64,000 bases of DNA. It comes from Hormiphora californensis. Taxonomy: Eukaryota; Animalia; Ctenophora. The notes under the pieces are model-generated. The model was not told the DNA's origin. It did no database searches and was given only the letters and a program-made list of their open reading frames with translations. The stretch spans positions 6,696,001 through 6,760,000 of the forward strand of contig CM035356.1 in assembly GCA_020137815.1 (NCBI GenBank), in the 5' to 3' direction. How positions within the stretch are numbered: position 1 is the first letter of the stretch; each line of letters opens with the position of its first letter. The position numbers and the translations under genes are program-made. Of this stretch, positions 10,214 through 23,675 are shown in pieces.

Positions 10214-13200
10214 CCAGGGTGTGAACTGCATGTCGTGTTTGCTAGTCGCGAGCGCGCTTGCGAGACAAGCAAACACGTCAAGGTTCATTAACAAGCATGC
10301 TGCTCAGTCATTTTAGATTTAATACACAATGTAAGGATATCATGTAATAGGTGAGACTCTTGCCGTCACCCTCGTTCAAGTCCCGTGAAAAACGGAGCAG
10401 TACACGCAAACTGATGCCCATTTTCCTCGCGTGACCCCGATTCAGCAGTTTGAGACACCAACTCTTTAGGGGGCCATATCTCAGGAACCAGACAAGATAG
10501 GAAAAATCGCCGTCTAACGAGGCGTACAGTTTTTAATCTAGTTTACCACTGTACCGGCCGTTTCACTCTCCGACCTAAAACAAAAATCGCAACCCCACAA
10601 AACTTCAAAATAATGAAATTCGCATCTCGCATGTCGTGTTGCATGTCGTGTTGCATGTCGTGTCATGTTATTGACGCGCTCGCGTTCAACTCTCACACAG
10701 CAGCTGCAGAACATGGCGGGAAACATCGAGGAGTAGAGAGAGGGTCGGTGCCGAATCAAATATTTCTTGATCTTGATCTACTCCATCTCTCAGCTATCCT
10801 ACCCCTCATCAACTCGATCTCTCAGCTACCCTACCCCTCATCTACTCCATCTTTCAGCTACCCTACCCCTCATCTACTCCATCTTTCAGCTACCCTAGCC
10901 CTCATCAACTCCATCTTTCAGCTACCCTACCCCTAATCTAGTCCATCTCTCCGCTACCCTACTCCTCATCTACTCCATCTCTCAGCTACCCTACCTCCCA
11001 TTTACTCCATCTCTCAGCTTCCCTACCTCCCATTTACTCCATCTCTCAGCTTACCTACCTCCCATTTACTCCATATCTCAGCTTACCTACCTTCCATTTA
11101 CTCCATCTCTCAGCTTCCCTACCTCCCATTTACTCCATCCCTCAGCTACCCTACCTCCCATTTACTCCATCTCTCAGCTACCCAACCTCCCATTCACTCC
11201 ATCTATCAGCTACCCTACCTCCCATTTACTCCATCTCTCAGCTTCCCTACCTCCCATTTACTCCATCTCTCAGCTTACCTACCTCCCATTTACTCCATAT
11301 CTCAGCTTCCCTACCTCCCATTTACTCCATCTTTCAGATACCCTACCTCCCATTTACTCCATCTCTCAGCTTACCTACCTCCCATTTACTCCATCTCTCA
11401 GCTTCCCTACCTCCCATTTACTCCATCTCTCAGCTTCCCTACCTCCCATTTACTCCATCTCTCAGGGGTAGGAATGTTAGGATAAATGAGAGATGGAATA
11501 AATGGGAGGTAGGGAAGCTGAGAGATGGAGTAAATGGGAGGTAGGGAAGGTAAGCGATGGAGTAAATGGGAGGTAGGGAAGCTGAAAGATGGAGTAAATG
11601 GGAGGTAGGGAAGCTGAGAGAAGGAGTAAATGGGAGGTAGGGTAGCTGAGAGATGGAGTAAATGGGAGGTAGGGAAGTTGAGAGATGGAGTAAATGGGAG
11701 GTAGGGAAGCTGAGGGATGGAGTAAATGGGAGGTAGGGAAGCTGAGAGATGGAGTAAATGGGAGGTAGGGAAGCTGAGAGATGGAGTAAATGGGTGGTAG
11801 GGTAGCTGAGAGATGGAGTGAATGGGAGGTAGGGTAGCTGAGAGATGGAGTAAATGGGAGGCAGGGATGGAGTAAATGGGAGGTAGGGAAGCTGAGGGAT
11901 GGAGTAAATGGGAGGTAGGGAAGCTGAGAGATGGAGTAAATGGGAGGTAGGGTAGCTGATAGATGGAGTGAATGGGAGGTTGGGTAGCTGAGAGATGGAG
12001 TAAATGGGAGGTAGGTAAGCTGAGAGATGGAGTAAATGGGAGGTAGGGAAGCTGAGAGATGGAGTAAATGGGAGGTAGGTAAGCTGAGAAATGGAGTAAA
12101 TGGGAGGTAGGGTATCTGAAAGATGGAGTAAATGGCAGGTAGGGAAGCTGAGATATGGAGTAAATGGGAGGTAGGTAAGCTGAGAGATGGAGTAAATGGG
12201 AGGTAGGGAAGCTGAGAGATGGAGTAAATGGGAGGAAGGGAAGCTGAGAGATGGAGTAAATGGGAGGTAGGGTAGCTGATAGATGGAGTGAATGGGAGGT
12301 TGGGCAGCTGAGAGATGGAGTAAATGGAGGTAGGAAGCTGAGAGATGGAGTAAATGGGAGGTAGGGAAGCTGAGAGATGAGTAAATGGGAGGTAGGGTAT
12401 CTGAAAGATGGAGTAAATGGCAGGTAGGAAGCTGAGATATGGAGTAAATGGGAGGTCAGAGGTAAGGGAGAGATGGAGAGGAAGTAATAAATGGGAGGTA
12501 GGGAAAGGAAGTGAGGATGGAGTAAATGGGAGGTAGGGAAGGGGAAAGGGAGTAATGGGGTAGGGTACTGAGAGATGGAGAAAATGGGAGTGGGAAGTGA
12601 GAGATGGAGTAAATGGGGGGTGGGGTTACTGGAGATGGGAAAATGGGGGTGGGTAGCTGAAGATGGAGTAGTGGGAGTAGGGAGGGGGGGGGACAATTTT
12701 GGGGGGTAGGGTAGTGAAAGATGGATTTGATGGGGGTAGGGAAAATAAAGGGAAACGATTAGGATGGGTTTCCTACCCCAATCTTTTCCATCTCTATGTT
12801 TCCCTATAGGGAATGAGAGAGGAGTGAGAGGATAGGGTAGCGAGGGACTGATAGGGGTAGGGGCTGAAAATGGAGAGATGGGGGGGGTGGGGTAAAAGTG
12901 GGAGGTTTGGGGGGTAGGGTGCTGGGGAATCGATTGAGAGTGGTAGGATACTGAGAGATGGGGTAGATCAAATCAAGAAATTTTGATTCGGCACCGACCC
13001 TTTTACCCCTCGATGTTTCCCCATTTCGAAACTGCTGTGTGAGATTTAAACCCGGGGGGGGGCGCGTAAAATAACATACACACATGCAACAACATGCAAA
13101 CGACGGAGATGGAATTTCATTTTTTTAAATTTTTGGGGGGTTGCGTTTTTTGTTTTGGGTCGGAGAGTGAAAAGGCCGGTACTGGAAATAGTTTAAAAAA

Positions 13201-13501
13201 TGTACCCTCGGTAGCGGCGATTTTATTTTTTGGTTCCGAGATATGGCCCCCAAAAGATTTGGTGTCTCAAAATGCTGAATGGGGGGGTTTCACGCAGGAA
13301 AAGGGGCATCATTTTGGTGACTGCTCCGTTTTTCACGGGACTTTAAAGAGGGTGACGGGAAAAGTCTCCCTTTACATGGTATCCCTTCATTTTGGGATTA
13401 AAACTAAAATGACTGGCGCTGCTTTTAAGAAAACCCTTTACGTGTTGCTTTCTCGCAAGTGCGCTCGGACTAGGGAAACACGACATGCAGTTCACACCCT
13501 G
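10214..13501. mobile_element. Fold-back element with TTAA TSD (piggyBac-like termini) and minisatellite-filled arms
   Basis: TTAA|CCAGGGTGTGAACTGCATG... and ...CATGCAGTTCACACCCTG|TTAA; the arms are reverse complements up to a centre at ~11465-11487. Confidence 0.8.
10780..12960. repeat. 32-bp minisatellite TTTACTCCATCTCTCAGCTTCCCTACCTCCCA in two inverted arrays
   Basis: C/T-rich array 10780-11465 and G/A-rich array ~11487-12960. Confidence 0.92.
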
Positions 13502-16500
13502 TTAACTAACTCCCCACGTATTCTAGATCACAGCTCGAATCGAAGAAGCGAAAACCTGACCAAATTTTAAAACTTGGGGAAGATTTGGTCCACCCTTTGG
13601 GGAACACCACTTGGATTCCGTCCCCTTATCTTGGGGGGGGATTGGACGAAATTCCCTCTTCCTTATTTTTTGGACCACCCCTTTCCCTGGAGATACCAGC
13701 GGGCCATGCTAGCCCTTCCCCTTTTAAATCCGGACGGAAGCAAAAATAATAAAATGGCCCTTTTTTTAAATTTTTCCGGGGGCATTTGGAGTGCAGAACA
13801 TTTGTTTTGTTTTCATTTTTCTGAAACCCGCAAATTGGAATCGGAGTGGGATGGCTCGCTTGCACTACTCTGGGTTTATGTAGTATATTTGGGACTCATG
13901 GCGTTCTTCCTAACCATTGCCCTGCTACTGAACATGAAGTTTGCTGACGATACCAGGAAGAAACAGTAGAGGACAACAGGAAACAAATAAACAACCAATC
14001 AGAACTCGTATTTGGTCACTGAGTTTATCCCCAATCAGGACCAGTTTCCTGATGCGTCGGTTCAGGAGGAACTCCCCATGTATTATAGACTGTGACGTAT
14101 AAACTTTTTTTTTGGGTTAGAGAAACTAGACTCCACCATTTTTCTATTTTCGGGTTAGGGACAAGGTTTTTCCCCCTATTTTTTAAAATTTTTTTAACAT
14201 TGATTTTAGACGTTTTGTATCCTTTTTTTTGGTAAGTATTTTCCGGGGAGTGTATGTTTTTTCCCCCGGAAGTATTTTTTTAAAATTTGCTTTTCATGAA
14301 CATTATCAATTTCTGGATTAGTTTTTAAAAATTAGGGAAAAACTGCCCCAGCTTACCCCAAAATTTTTTTTTTGTCTTTTTAAAATCGGGGCCCCGCCCC
14401 AGAAACAAAACAAGTCCCCCCCCCCCCCCTTTGTATATGTTTCTTCACGCACGCGGTTAAATTTTTTATCAAGAGAGCCCTTTGGGGCACAAAAAGGGAA
14501 ATCACATCATTTCAAGTTTAGGTTAACGAGTTTTTTTTCCGGGAAATTCGGGAAATGAACAAAAGTACTACACCAAATTCACAATTACGAATTCCCATAA
14601 ATTTTAAAAAACAGTTCTATACTGAAAAACTAAATTTTGGTATGGAGTTTTGGCAGCAAAAATCTAAAAAGTAAATGAGCGATTGAGCGAAAATCTTAAA
14701 AATCTCATGAGCCAAACTAGGATGGATGAAATTATTTTTCCCTCCTTCCCCTATTATTTGACATTCAGACAGGGTACAAAAACAAAACAAGCTAACAAAA
14801 ACCTCCATCACAAATGATAAACAAATCTTTTCAGGTTTAATTTAAAGCCCTCTTTTGAGGAAACCCGTATATGTTTAACAATTTTTAAATGGTAAAATTA
14901 TACATTTTATACACAAATCTAGCTAACTAAGTGAAAAAAAAAACTGCAGACTAGTACAATTGGGTTGACATTTTGTTATTTTGTCCCAACACATCATGCA
15001 ACAGGGGGAAAGGAAGAAAAAATAAAGAGCAAAGTGGGGGGTGGGGGGGGGGGGGGGGGAAGAAGAGAGAGAGGGAAGAAAAAGAGAGGAGAGGAGAGAG
15101 AGGAGGAGAGGAGAGAAGAGAGAGAGGGGAGAGGGGGAGAGAAGAAGGGGGAAAGGGGGAGAGAGGAAAAAGAAAATAAAAAGGGAAAGGGGGGGAAAGG
15201 GGGAAGAAAAAGGGGGAGAAAAAAAGAAAAAATTAAAAGGAGGGGTATACTCAAACAAAAGAATGCCATTAATTTAAAAAAGGGACACAAGCATCTCAAA
15301 TGGCCAATGAAGTAAGATTTTTGGGGGTAAAAAAGAGAGACCGAAAGAGAGAACCGAACCCTTACAGGTGAAAATTTGATAGGTTTCTCATCACTGCGCT
15401 GGCAAGCGCAAATTGGTGGCCATATAGATTCAGACAATTCATGTTTCTGGCGGCGACGACTCGATCTAAGCTAATGCTAAGAATCAAAACAGGATCTGGG
15501 GCCTTACGAGTTACCTTACCCAAAAACATCATTTCTTACTCCGTAAGGGAAATGTTGTCAGGTATAACAGAGGAGATCAAATTCAATTGCAGCAAGTGGA
15601 AGTGGAATTGCTGAGAGTTGATCTCTCAGTAAATGAATATACAGAGACACGACATGGTGTACACTGTACAGACACACATGGTGTACATGGCGGGTGTGTA
15701 AACTAATACGCTGCAGATCTTCACCTGTGTGTAGATCACATAACAGGAGGAGGACAAGGAGGCTTGCTGTGCAAGGCCCCAGTTTCGGAGTTTCCATTGT
15801 GCCGCTGGTGGTTCCTTCTGGGACTCGAGAGACTGTCAGAGCATTGTCCTGACAGAAGCAAAAAGTAGAAAGCCTAATGACAGTCTATACACTATAATAA
15901 TAGTCTATTTGGAACAGCATTTGGAAAAGCATTTGGTGGCGCAGTCACCTCTCTAGACTTAAAACTCTGAACTCAGGCCGCTTCGCGGGCCTCGTTTTAC
16001 CGTGCTATGCACAGGAGTTGTAACACCAACAACTGCATGTGTTACCATAGCAACCACCCTGGATACCATAGCAACTAACATCGTATCAGCCAAAAAAGCT
16101 CTTTTAGCGTAAAATTCGTCAGGAAATCCAGTTTTGAAGCTTAGTCATCAATTTTATTGCCTAAGGGGAAACTCTAACTGAATGCCCGTGCAGTAATGGC
16201 GTCCCATCACTGGTAAAAATCTAACTGATAATGGGAGTCATCACTCTGTGCACGTCAGGATTTGCCACAAATTTTGCCAAAAAAAGGCTTTTACGTAGGG
16301 CGCGATGACAAACACACGAGCATGGTCGCGCGTTCTTCCATCATTCCTTCCATTCAACTAGACCCCCTTTCGCGTGCTCCGCGAATGGGTTTGAACAAAA
16401 CAACAATTTTACACCCTTTTATGGCAGGGAAACACCTGTGGTCATCCAACATAATTGCCATACCTCGACGTGAAATTCGACGAGAATCTCGACCTGGAAT

Positions 16501-17218
16501 GAGGCGCGCATTCGTAGTGAGAGAGACACAAAGACTAGCGAGAGAAAAGAGTTGAAGCGCGACATCATTTTCTTACTGCGGCACATCTCTCTGATGCGCG
16601 GCTCATTCCAGGTCGAGATCTAGGTCGAATTTCACGTCGGAATATGTCGGAGGACCACTGTCACAGCTCACAGCCGCATCACAACAGAGGGAATTTGTTG
16701 CGAAACAAAGAACAACGGGAGTGGTTCAAATCACACGTTTCTGCTGCCAGGCCAATGCTTTGACAGCGTCTCTGATCTCATTGCAAAATGATATGCATGC
16801 AATATGTTCCTACTATTACTCAACACACTGATTTGTAGAAATGTGAATATGAATTGAGTCTTCAGACTTCACATTCACAAGTTGAGATTGTGGAAAAAGC
16901 GGCGGCAGCGAGTGAACACTTGGTACCTTGGTAGGGCGGGGACACGTCCTGGGTGTGGGAGGTCATGCGTATTTTAAACTGGCCGATCGGGTATACCAGA
17001 TACATTTCATTTGTCTAGATCTACATGCAGATACAGCTGGAGCTCTGTGAAGTGTGGAACAAACAAAATTAATGCAGTGTGAGCCAGTTACCCACACAAA
17101 GATAGATAACAAACCAGCAAACCTGGAAACAAAATTTGGACACCCAATCTTTGTCTGGCGGGCCAGACCCCGATTTGGCAAGCCAGATTATCTTTCCTTT
17201 TTAATCGATGGACCTGAG

Positions 17219-19727
17219 GTGTGTGTGTGTGTGTGTGTGTTTTGCACCGCCCGTCATTCCTCCCACTTTACTGCCCCACAATGGTCGGCAGACAACCTAT
17301 ATTAATATCACTCTTCGCCACCGTCCCCCACACGTAGGGATAATGTTGATGTTGTTCCGGTTTGGGTCCTGGTATTTTGTTGAGCAAGCTCAACATTTCC
17401 CTCGAACCTTCGCCGGCATCACAAGAAGAGTATTTGATACATAAACTAATTTAACTCATACCTAATTTTTTCAGGGACAAGGGAAAGGGGAATTTAGGGG
17501 GTCTCCCCAAAGACGGGGTCTTTGGTTCTTTTTGCCCCGGGGGAGCTGAAAAGGGGAAAGGGGGTTTTGCCGGATATGGACAAAAACCGTTTTTTTAAAC
17601 CCATCAAATCGTGAGGGGCTAAAATATCTTTCACCCCCCCCTCAGGCCCTTTGGTAAAAAAACCGCTACCCAATTTTAATAAATCCCCCCGGGGGGCCCG
17701 GGACCGCAAATTTTTCTTAGAAAAGCCCCGAAAAGCATGAAAACGTTTATTTAAAACTTCTGGTGAGCTTTTTGGAAAATTTAAAGCTCCCGGGGTTTGC
17801 ACATTGCGGGGTTTCCCTTGCCAAAAAGGGGCGGGGGTTGGCCCTTTTTTTGGGCCCCAGAACTGCCCAAACCTTAATAGGGGGGACCCTTATGATGTGT
17901 TTTTTGGGGGAATTCCCCCCCCCCGGCCCGTAGCGATTTTTCCCCCTTTTGGCCCTTTTTTTTACTTCTTTCAACCCGGTTTTTGGGGGGGGGATGGTTT
18001 TATTCAAAAGGGTTTACTTCTGTATCAAATTTTGGGATAATTTGTGGAAAGATCCTGTGTTGTTTGGGAGTGAAAAATTTTTGTTGAGGATTTTTTTGGT
18101 AGGATTTGTACTTTCCTATCTAGGTCTGGGCAGTGGGGGAAAGCTGAAAAGGGGAGTATGTGGAAAAAATTTGGGGCCCAGGGGGTTTTTCCCCCCGGGG
18201 AAAAAAACCCCATTTTTCGAGAAAAGGGTAACCCCCGGGTCCCCCAAATATGGGATGTTTAAAAGGAGGGCTTTTTTAAAAGGCTCCCGCGGGCCGGGGT
18301 GATAAAAATCATGGGTTTGGCCATTTTTAGGGGGGCTATTTTCTCTGGCTTAGAATTTACCCCCCATAAATTAATGGGAGACCCCAAGGTTTATCAGGCA
18401 ATCCCTAGTAGGCGGGGCCCTCGGTATTACAAATCAGGGTTTTCCCCTGTTTAAAAAGGGTTTACGGGCGGGGGTGAGTTTAAATCATTTTAAACCGGAT
18501 CCCCTCAAAGACCCCAGCCCGACGACCGACCACAAACGATCGATAAAACCGACTGTTCAATGGGTCAACCACCCTAAATCAATCGACCGCCAAACCCAAA
18601 CCCCGGGCAGGGACCCCCCGGGCACGGAAAAGGAGCCGGTCCCATATTTTGAGTTCGGAAAGGGTCTCTTTGTCTGGGCAAAGTTTACTCCCCAAGATTG
18701 GGGAGAGAGCCGTGTGATTTGACCGTAATCACGGGACCAGCACCCAACCAGGTCCACGGTGGGGAAATTACTTCCCATAGGGCGGGGGGTGGCCATTTTT
18801 TTGGGCCCCAACCCTTTTCCCCTACCACTTCGGTCCCTTATTGCGTTTTTTATAAAAAAAAATCCCCCAAATTGGGCGTTGCCCTTATTTTTCCCACTTT
18901 TTCCCAGGTCGGGAATTTAGGGAGGGTTTTTAACCCAAATGGGTTTTCTTTTGGCTATTATTTTGGGAGTTTTTAAACCCAAAATAAAATGGGGTTCTTG
19001 ATCTGTTTTTTGTGAGGAGGATTTTTTCTGATTTTTGGCAAAGGTAGTTTGGAAAAAAATTTTGGGGGCAGAGGTTCCCCCCGGGGGAAAAAAACCCCCC
19101 CTATTTTTGCGAGAAAGGAAACCTCCGTCCGCCCCAATAGGGGGGTTTTGGGGACAGGAGGGCTTTTTAAAGGCTCCCGTTTCCGGGGTGATTAAAAATC
19201 AGGGGTTTCCCCAAATTTGGGAAGGGACTATTTCTCGGGGCGTAAAATTTTAACCCCCCCAAAATTTAAATGGGAAAACACCCAAAGGGGCCCAACCATC
19301 CCCTAGTAGGCAGGGGCCCTCGGTGTTAAAAATCATGGGTTGCCATTTGTAACGGTTTTCTGGCTGGGGGAATTTAAGTTCAACCGGTATCCCCACTAAG
19401 ATTTACCCGACACCGACCGCCCAAACGATCGTTAACGACTGATATAAAAGGGCCCAACCAACCGCTCATCAATCGCCGCCGCCAATCCCAAAATCCCCAA
19501 GAAAGGGGGAAAAAGCCGCACTGCAAAACCCTGGGTCCCAAAGGGGTTTTATTGGGGCAAGGTCTCTAAAAAATTTATTTCCTTTCCCCAAGTTTGGGGA
19601 GAGACCCGGGGGGGATTTAAACCGAAATCCGGGACCCATCAGCCAACCTTTCCACGGCAAGGGACTGACCAAAGAACTCAGTTTGGAAACAAAAACCCTG
19701 ATTTCCCCCCCCGCTGATGGCCTGGGT
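17219..19727 (-). mobile_element. Insertion with (CA)n tail, probably a truncated non-LTR retroelement; low-quality sequence
   Basis: Interrupts copy A relative to copy B at CCTGAGGTG; (GT)n at its left end; internal ~890-bp direct repeat (18270-18760 vs 19161-19655). No recognisable RT motif is readable. Confidence 0.4.
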
Positions 19728-20946
19728 GTGAATAATATTTGAATTATCAGTGGGCAGGCGACTCAAAGCAAAAACAACCTAGCGATATAAACCCAAAAAA
19801 ACAAAGAGGACCTTTGGGGGGAAAATTGGGTCAGAAAAAATGTCACTTTTCAGGCCAATGCTCTGACAGCTCAGACAACAATGAAGAAAATCACAAATTC
19901 AAATTGGTCAGAGTGCCAAAATGGGTTACCGAAGTCCGAAACGTGAAGAATACGCTCATATCTATCACCGACAAAGGTAAAACACACACAATGTACACGG
20001 ACAATTATACAAATCTGCAGCTGTACACGCGCAACACTCAACAGTCAACAGATGCAGATGTGTGTACAAAATATGCGCGCGGCACAGTTTGCACGTGCAA
20101 CATGGACACCATGATCTGCCGGTATTTTGAACTCGCACTCCGAGATCTCAAATCATGGTATGATAGCACAATGCCTGGCTGGCTAAGTGACCATTCTCCT
20201 CTTTCTGCGGCACCAGGCGCCTGATAGCTGTAGTACCAGCTGATGCAGAACCCATGTGACATTTTCATTACTGCGGCCCAGTCATTGGTCTTGCCAGAGT
20301 ATGATAACTGCCAGTTATTGAATGGGTGTTAGTCGAGAACTCGAGAAAAACAGTTCGGTACTTCTGGAAGTACCACTCCCGAAATGGGACAGTGCCAGCT
20401 GAGCTCTGTCCTATTCTTAAAGAACCGTACTGTTTTTCTTTGTCAATGTCATTGTACTTGCTGCCAAGTCCACGAATCGAGCACTGTCCGGGTCCCCCTG
20501 TCACATCAGAGCAGTGGCCTGACCCTATTCTCGGTGCGAGAACCGCGGTGTAATTATTGACGTTGAAAGGGCGAAAAGAACTGCCCGGCGAAGCCGGGTG
20601 GGTTGTCAAAAAGCCCTTACTTGAGGCGCACCCAATGGGTGCGCTAGTATAGTATATTTAGTATTTGGAACAGCATTTGGAACAGCATTTGGTGGCACAG
20701 TCAGTAGTCACCTCTCTAGACTTAAAACTCTGAACTCAGGCCACTTCGCGGGCCTCATTTTACTGCGCTACGCACAGGAGTTGTAAGGGTGACTGCGTCA
20801 CAAACAACTGCTTTGGTTACCATAGCAACCACCCTGCCCCCTGGATACCATAGCAACTAACATCACATCAGCCTAAAAAGCTCTTTGAGCGCATAATTCG
20901 TCATAAAATCCAGTTTTGAAGCTTAGTCATCAATTTTATTGCCTAG

Positions 20947-21071
20947 CTAAAGTGCGTTTCAAACGACTTGACCTGAGATTCCTGGAAATTGGCGCATTGC
21001 GCGTGTATTTACAAAGGGGAAATCCTGAATTTCCAGGAATCTCGGGTCAAGTCGTTTGAAACGCACTTTAG
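20947..21071. mobile_element. Palindromic MITE
   Basis: ~45-bp inverted arms CTAAAGTGCGTTTCAAACGACTTGACC...; absent at the homologous position of the upstream duplicate (~16160). A different palindromic MITE lies at ~16437-16660. Confidence 0.7.
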
Positions 21072-21604
21072 ACCCCCTTTCGCGTGCTCCGCGAATGAGT
21101 TTGAACAAAACAACAATTTTACACCCTTTTATGGCAGGGAAACACCGAATTATGCTACATAATGCAATAATTCTTGTTCTTATTAATGAATATCTATTGA
21201 AATCTATTAGAGGATGTCAATAGTCAGCTCATAACAGAATAGAAGCAGATTTTGTAGCGGAATTTGTTGGGAAACAAAGAACAAAGAGAGTGCCACTCCC
21301 GGAGTGGTTCAAATCACACGTTTCTGCTGTCAGGCCAATGCTCTGACAGCGTCTCTGATCTCATTGCAAAATGATACATGCATTTTTCTACTATTATCAT
21401 CTACTCAACACACTGATTTGCAGAAATGTGAATATGAATTGAGTCTTCAGACTTCATTCACAAGATTGTGGAAAAAGCGGCTGGGCGGGTGAACACTTGG
21501 TACATAGATAGGGCGGGTGTGGGAGGTCGAATGCGTATTTTAAACTGGCCGATAGGGTATCCACTATCCCAGATAAATTTCATTTATCTGGATATACAGA
21601 TACT

Positions 21605-21675
21605 CTGTCAGAGCATTGGCCTGACCCATTCTCGTTTCTCTCAAGAGAACTGTGGTCAGAGCATTGGCCTGACAG
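21605..21675. mobile_element. 71-bp element of the CTGTCAG family
   Basis: Perfect 8-bp TSD CAGATACT; absent from the paralogous segment near 17020. Confidence 0.85.
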
Positions 21676-23675
21676 CAGATACTGGATATATACAGATACT
21701 GCAGATACAGCTGGAGCTCTGTGAAGTGTGGAACAAACAAAATTAATGCGATGTGAGCCAGTGACCCACATAAAGATAGATAACAAACCAGCAAACCTGG
21801 AAACAAAATTTGGACACCCAATCTTTGTCTGGCGGGCCAGACCCCGATTTGGCTAGCCAGATTATCTGTCCTTTTTAATTGATGAACCTGAGGTGATCAA
21901 TAATAGTTGAATTATCAGTGTCAGGCGACTCAAAGCAAAAGCAAATAGCGATATAAACAAACCAACACTGAGGACTGGGGAGAGATGGCTCAGACACTGT
22001 CACTTGTCAGGCCAATGCTCTGACAGCTCAGACAAGAATGAAGAAAATCACAAATTCAAATTGGTCAGAGTGCCAAAATGGGCCACCGAAGTTCGAAACG
22101 TGAAGAATACACTCACATCAATCAACAACAAAGGGAAAACACACACAATGTACACGGACAATACAAATCTGCAGCTGTACACGCGCGACAACCAACAGAT
22201 GTGTGTACAAAATATGCGCGCGGCTCAGTTTGCACGTGCAACATCTAATCGACACCATGCCATGATGTGCCGGTATTTTGAACCCGAAGTCGAAGATCTC
22301 GAATCATATGGTATTTGTCACCTGACCAGTGACCTGACCTGACCTGGTCAGTGACCAGTGACCACTGACCAGTGACCACTCTCCTTTTTCCTCGGTACCA
22401 GCTGCAGAACCCATGTGGCATTTTCATTCAGGGCCTAGTCATACTATTGGTCTTAACAGTGCTGTTACAGTGATAGCGAATCGAGCACTGTCCCCCTGTC
22501 ACATCAAAGCATTGGCCTGAGTCCTGACCCTATTCTCGGCGCGAGAAGTAGAACCGCGGCCAGATAACCACTCCATTTTGTAAGAAGTGGAGGCCAATGC
22601 TCTGACCACGGTTATCGCACAAAAAGAGAATAGGGTCAGGCCAATGCTCTGCAACAGGGTTATCCTGTTCTCGATCAATAATCATCACACCAGACGGACT
22701 GAGTCCCCCTGAGCGGTCCCCTCCCGACCCTGTCTGGCGCTGCCGACCCCATCTGACCGCACTGTCATTATTAATGGGGCCTGTCAGCACCATCCTCCCC
22801 CGGTTAATTCTTCGAAAAGATTGGTCAAGGCTGCAGAACTTTGGATCCTCGTACGGGTGTTTATATCGCCAAGTGGCACCCAGTCTGGGGAAACAACCGA
22901 CACGGCACACTCCCTCCCAGTCTCGACTGTCAGAGCATTGGCCTGACAGTGTCTCGGTGATATGCAAATTTTAGGCAGAAACAAACTTTGCACATCGTTA
23001 GGTAGGCTGGACCACTTAACGATATGCATAGTTCTGTAGCAGATCAAAAGGCTCCACACTTTTGCAAGCCGCCAAGCGCCGTAATTGGTCCATAATATGT
23101 CCTGAATCTGCAGTCCACGCTGTCAGAGCTGAGTGTCAGACCAATACTCGAATTTTACCGCGGTTCTCCGAAAGAAATGAGAATAGGGTCAGACCAATGA
23201 CAGTGTCAGAGCATTGGCAGCTGACAGAGCCGGCCACGCCTTGTAACCTTGAGTTCCAGTCAGAGCATTGGCCTGACCCTATTTTGTAGTCTCGGAGCGC
23301 ACGAGAACTGTGGTCAGAGCATATTGGCCTGACAGTTGAGTTGAGTCAAATTGAAACACAGTGATATCAGTTTGGTAAAACCTTCATAATCGGACATGTA
23401 ATGTCATTTCATATTATTGTACTATTTGGGGACAGTAATTTACACACGCTCACGCAGTCACATACATAATAACAGCAATGAACAAAACAAAGGGAAATTG
23501 ATATTATATATGTAATAGCAAAAGAAAACGGAATTGTTGTTAAGATATGTTAGTAGATCAACTTTTTATCACTAAAAGATTTGCCAAAAACCTGATTCAA
23601 CCTGTATTGAAATAATTTATTTCTTTGTGTTCTCTCAATCTTAATATTTTCTAGCTTGGAAATAAAATCCATATA

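Larger units (their letters stand above)
10132..13969 (+). pseudogene. Possible PMP22/claudin-like tetraspan pseudogene split by the fold-back element
   Basis: Removing 10214-13505 joins MSS*LLTTVVIL*FLIRGAGWLSATPL|TNSPRILDH... with an NLG.IW-like motif near 13571-13588 and a final TM WDGSLALLWVYVVYLGLMAFFLTIALLL. The middle is low quality. Confidence 0.3.
15906..22560. repeat. Head-to-tail diverged duplication of a composite repeat unit (copy A 15906-~20550, copy B 20662-~22560)
   Basis: Shared blocks 15906-16163/20662-20945, 16690-17220/21259-21894 and 19730-20545/21897-22550; copy A carries a ~2.5 kb insertion. Confidence 0.85.

Noticed and set aside
11407-12696. 429-aa ORF
   Set aside because: It is a translation of the 32-bp minisatellite.
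15558-15797. Signal-peptide-like ORF METPKLGPCTASLLVLLLLC
   Set aside because: It is short, lies among TE fragments, and no downstream exon could be identified.
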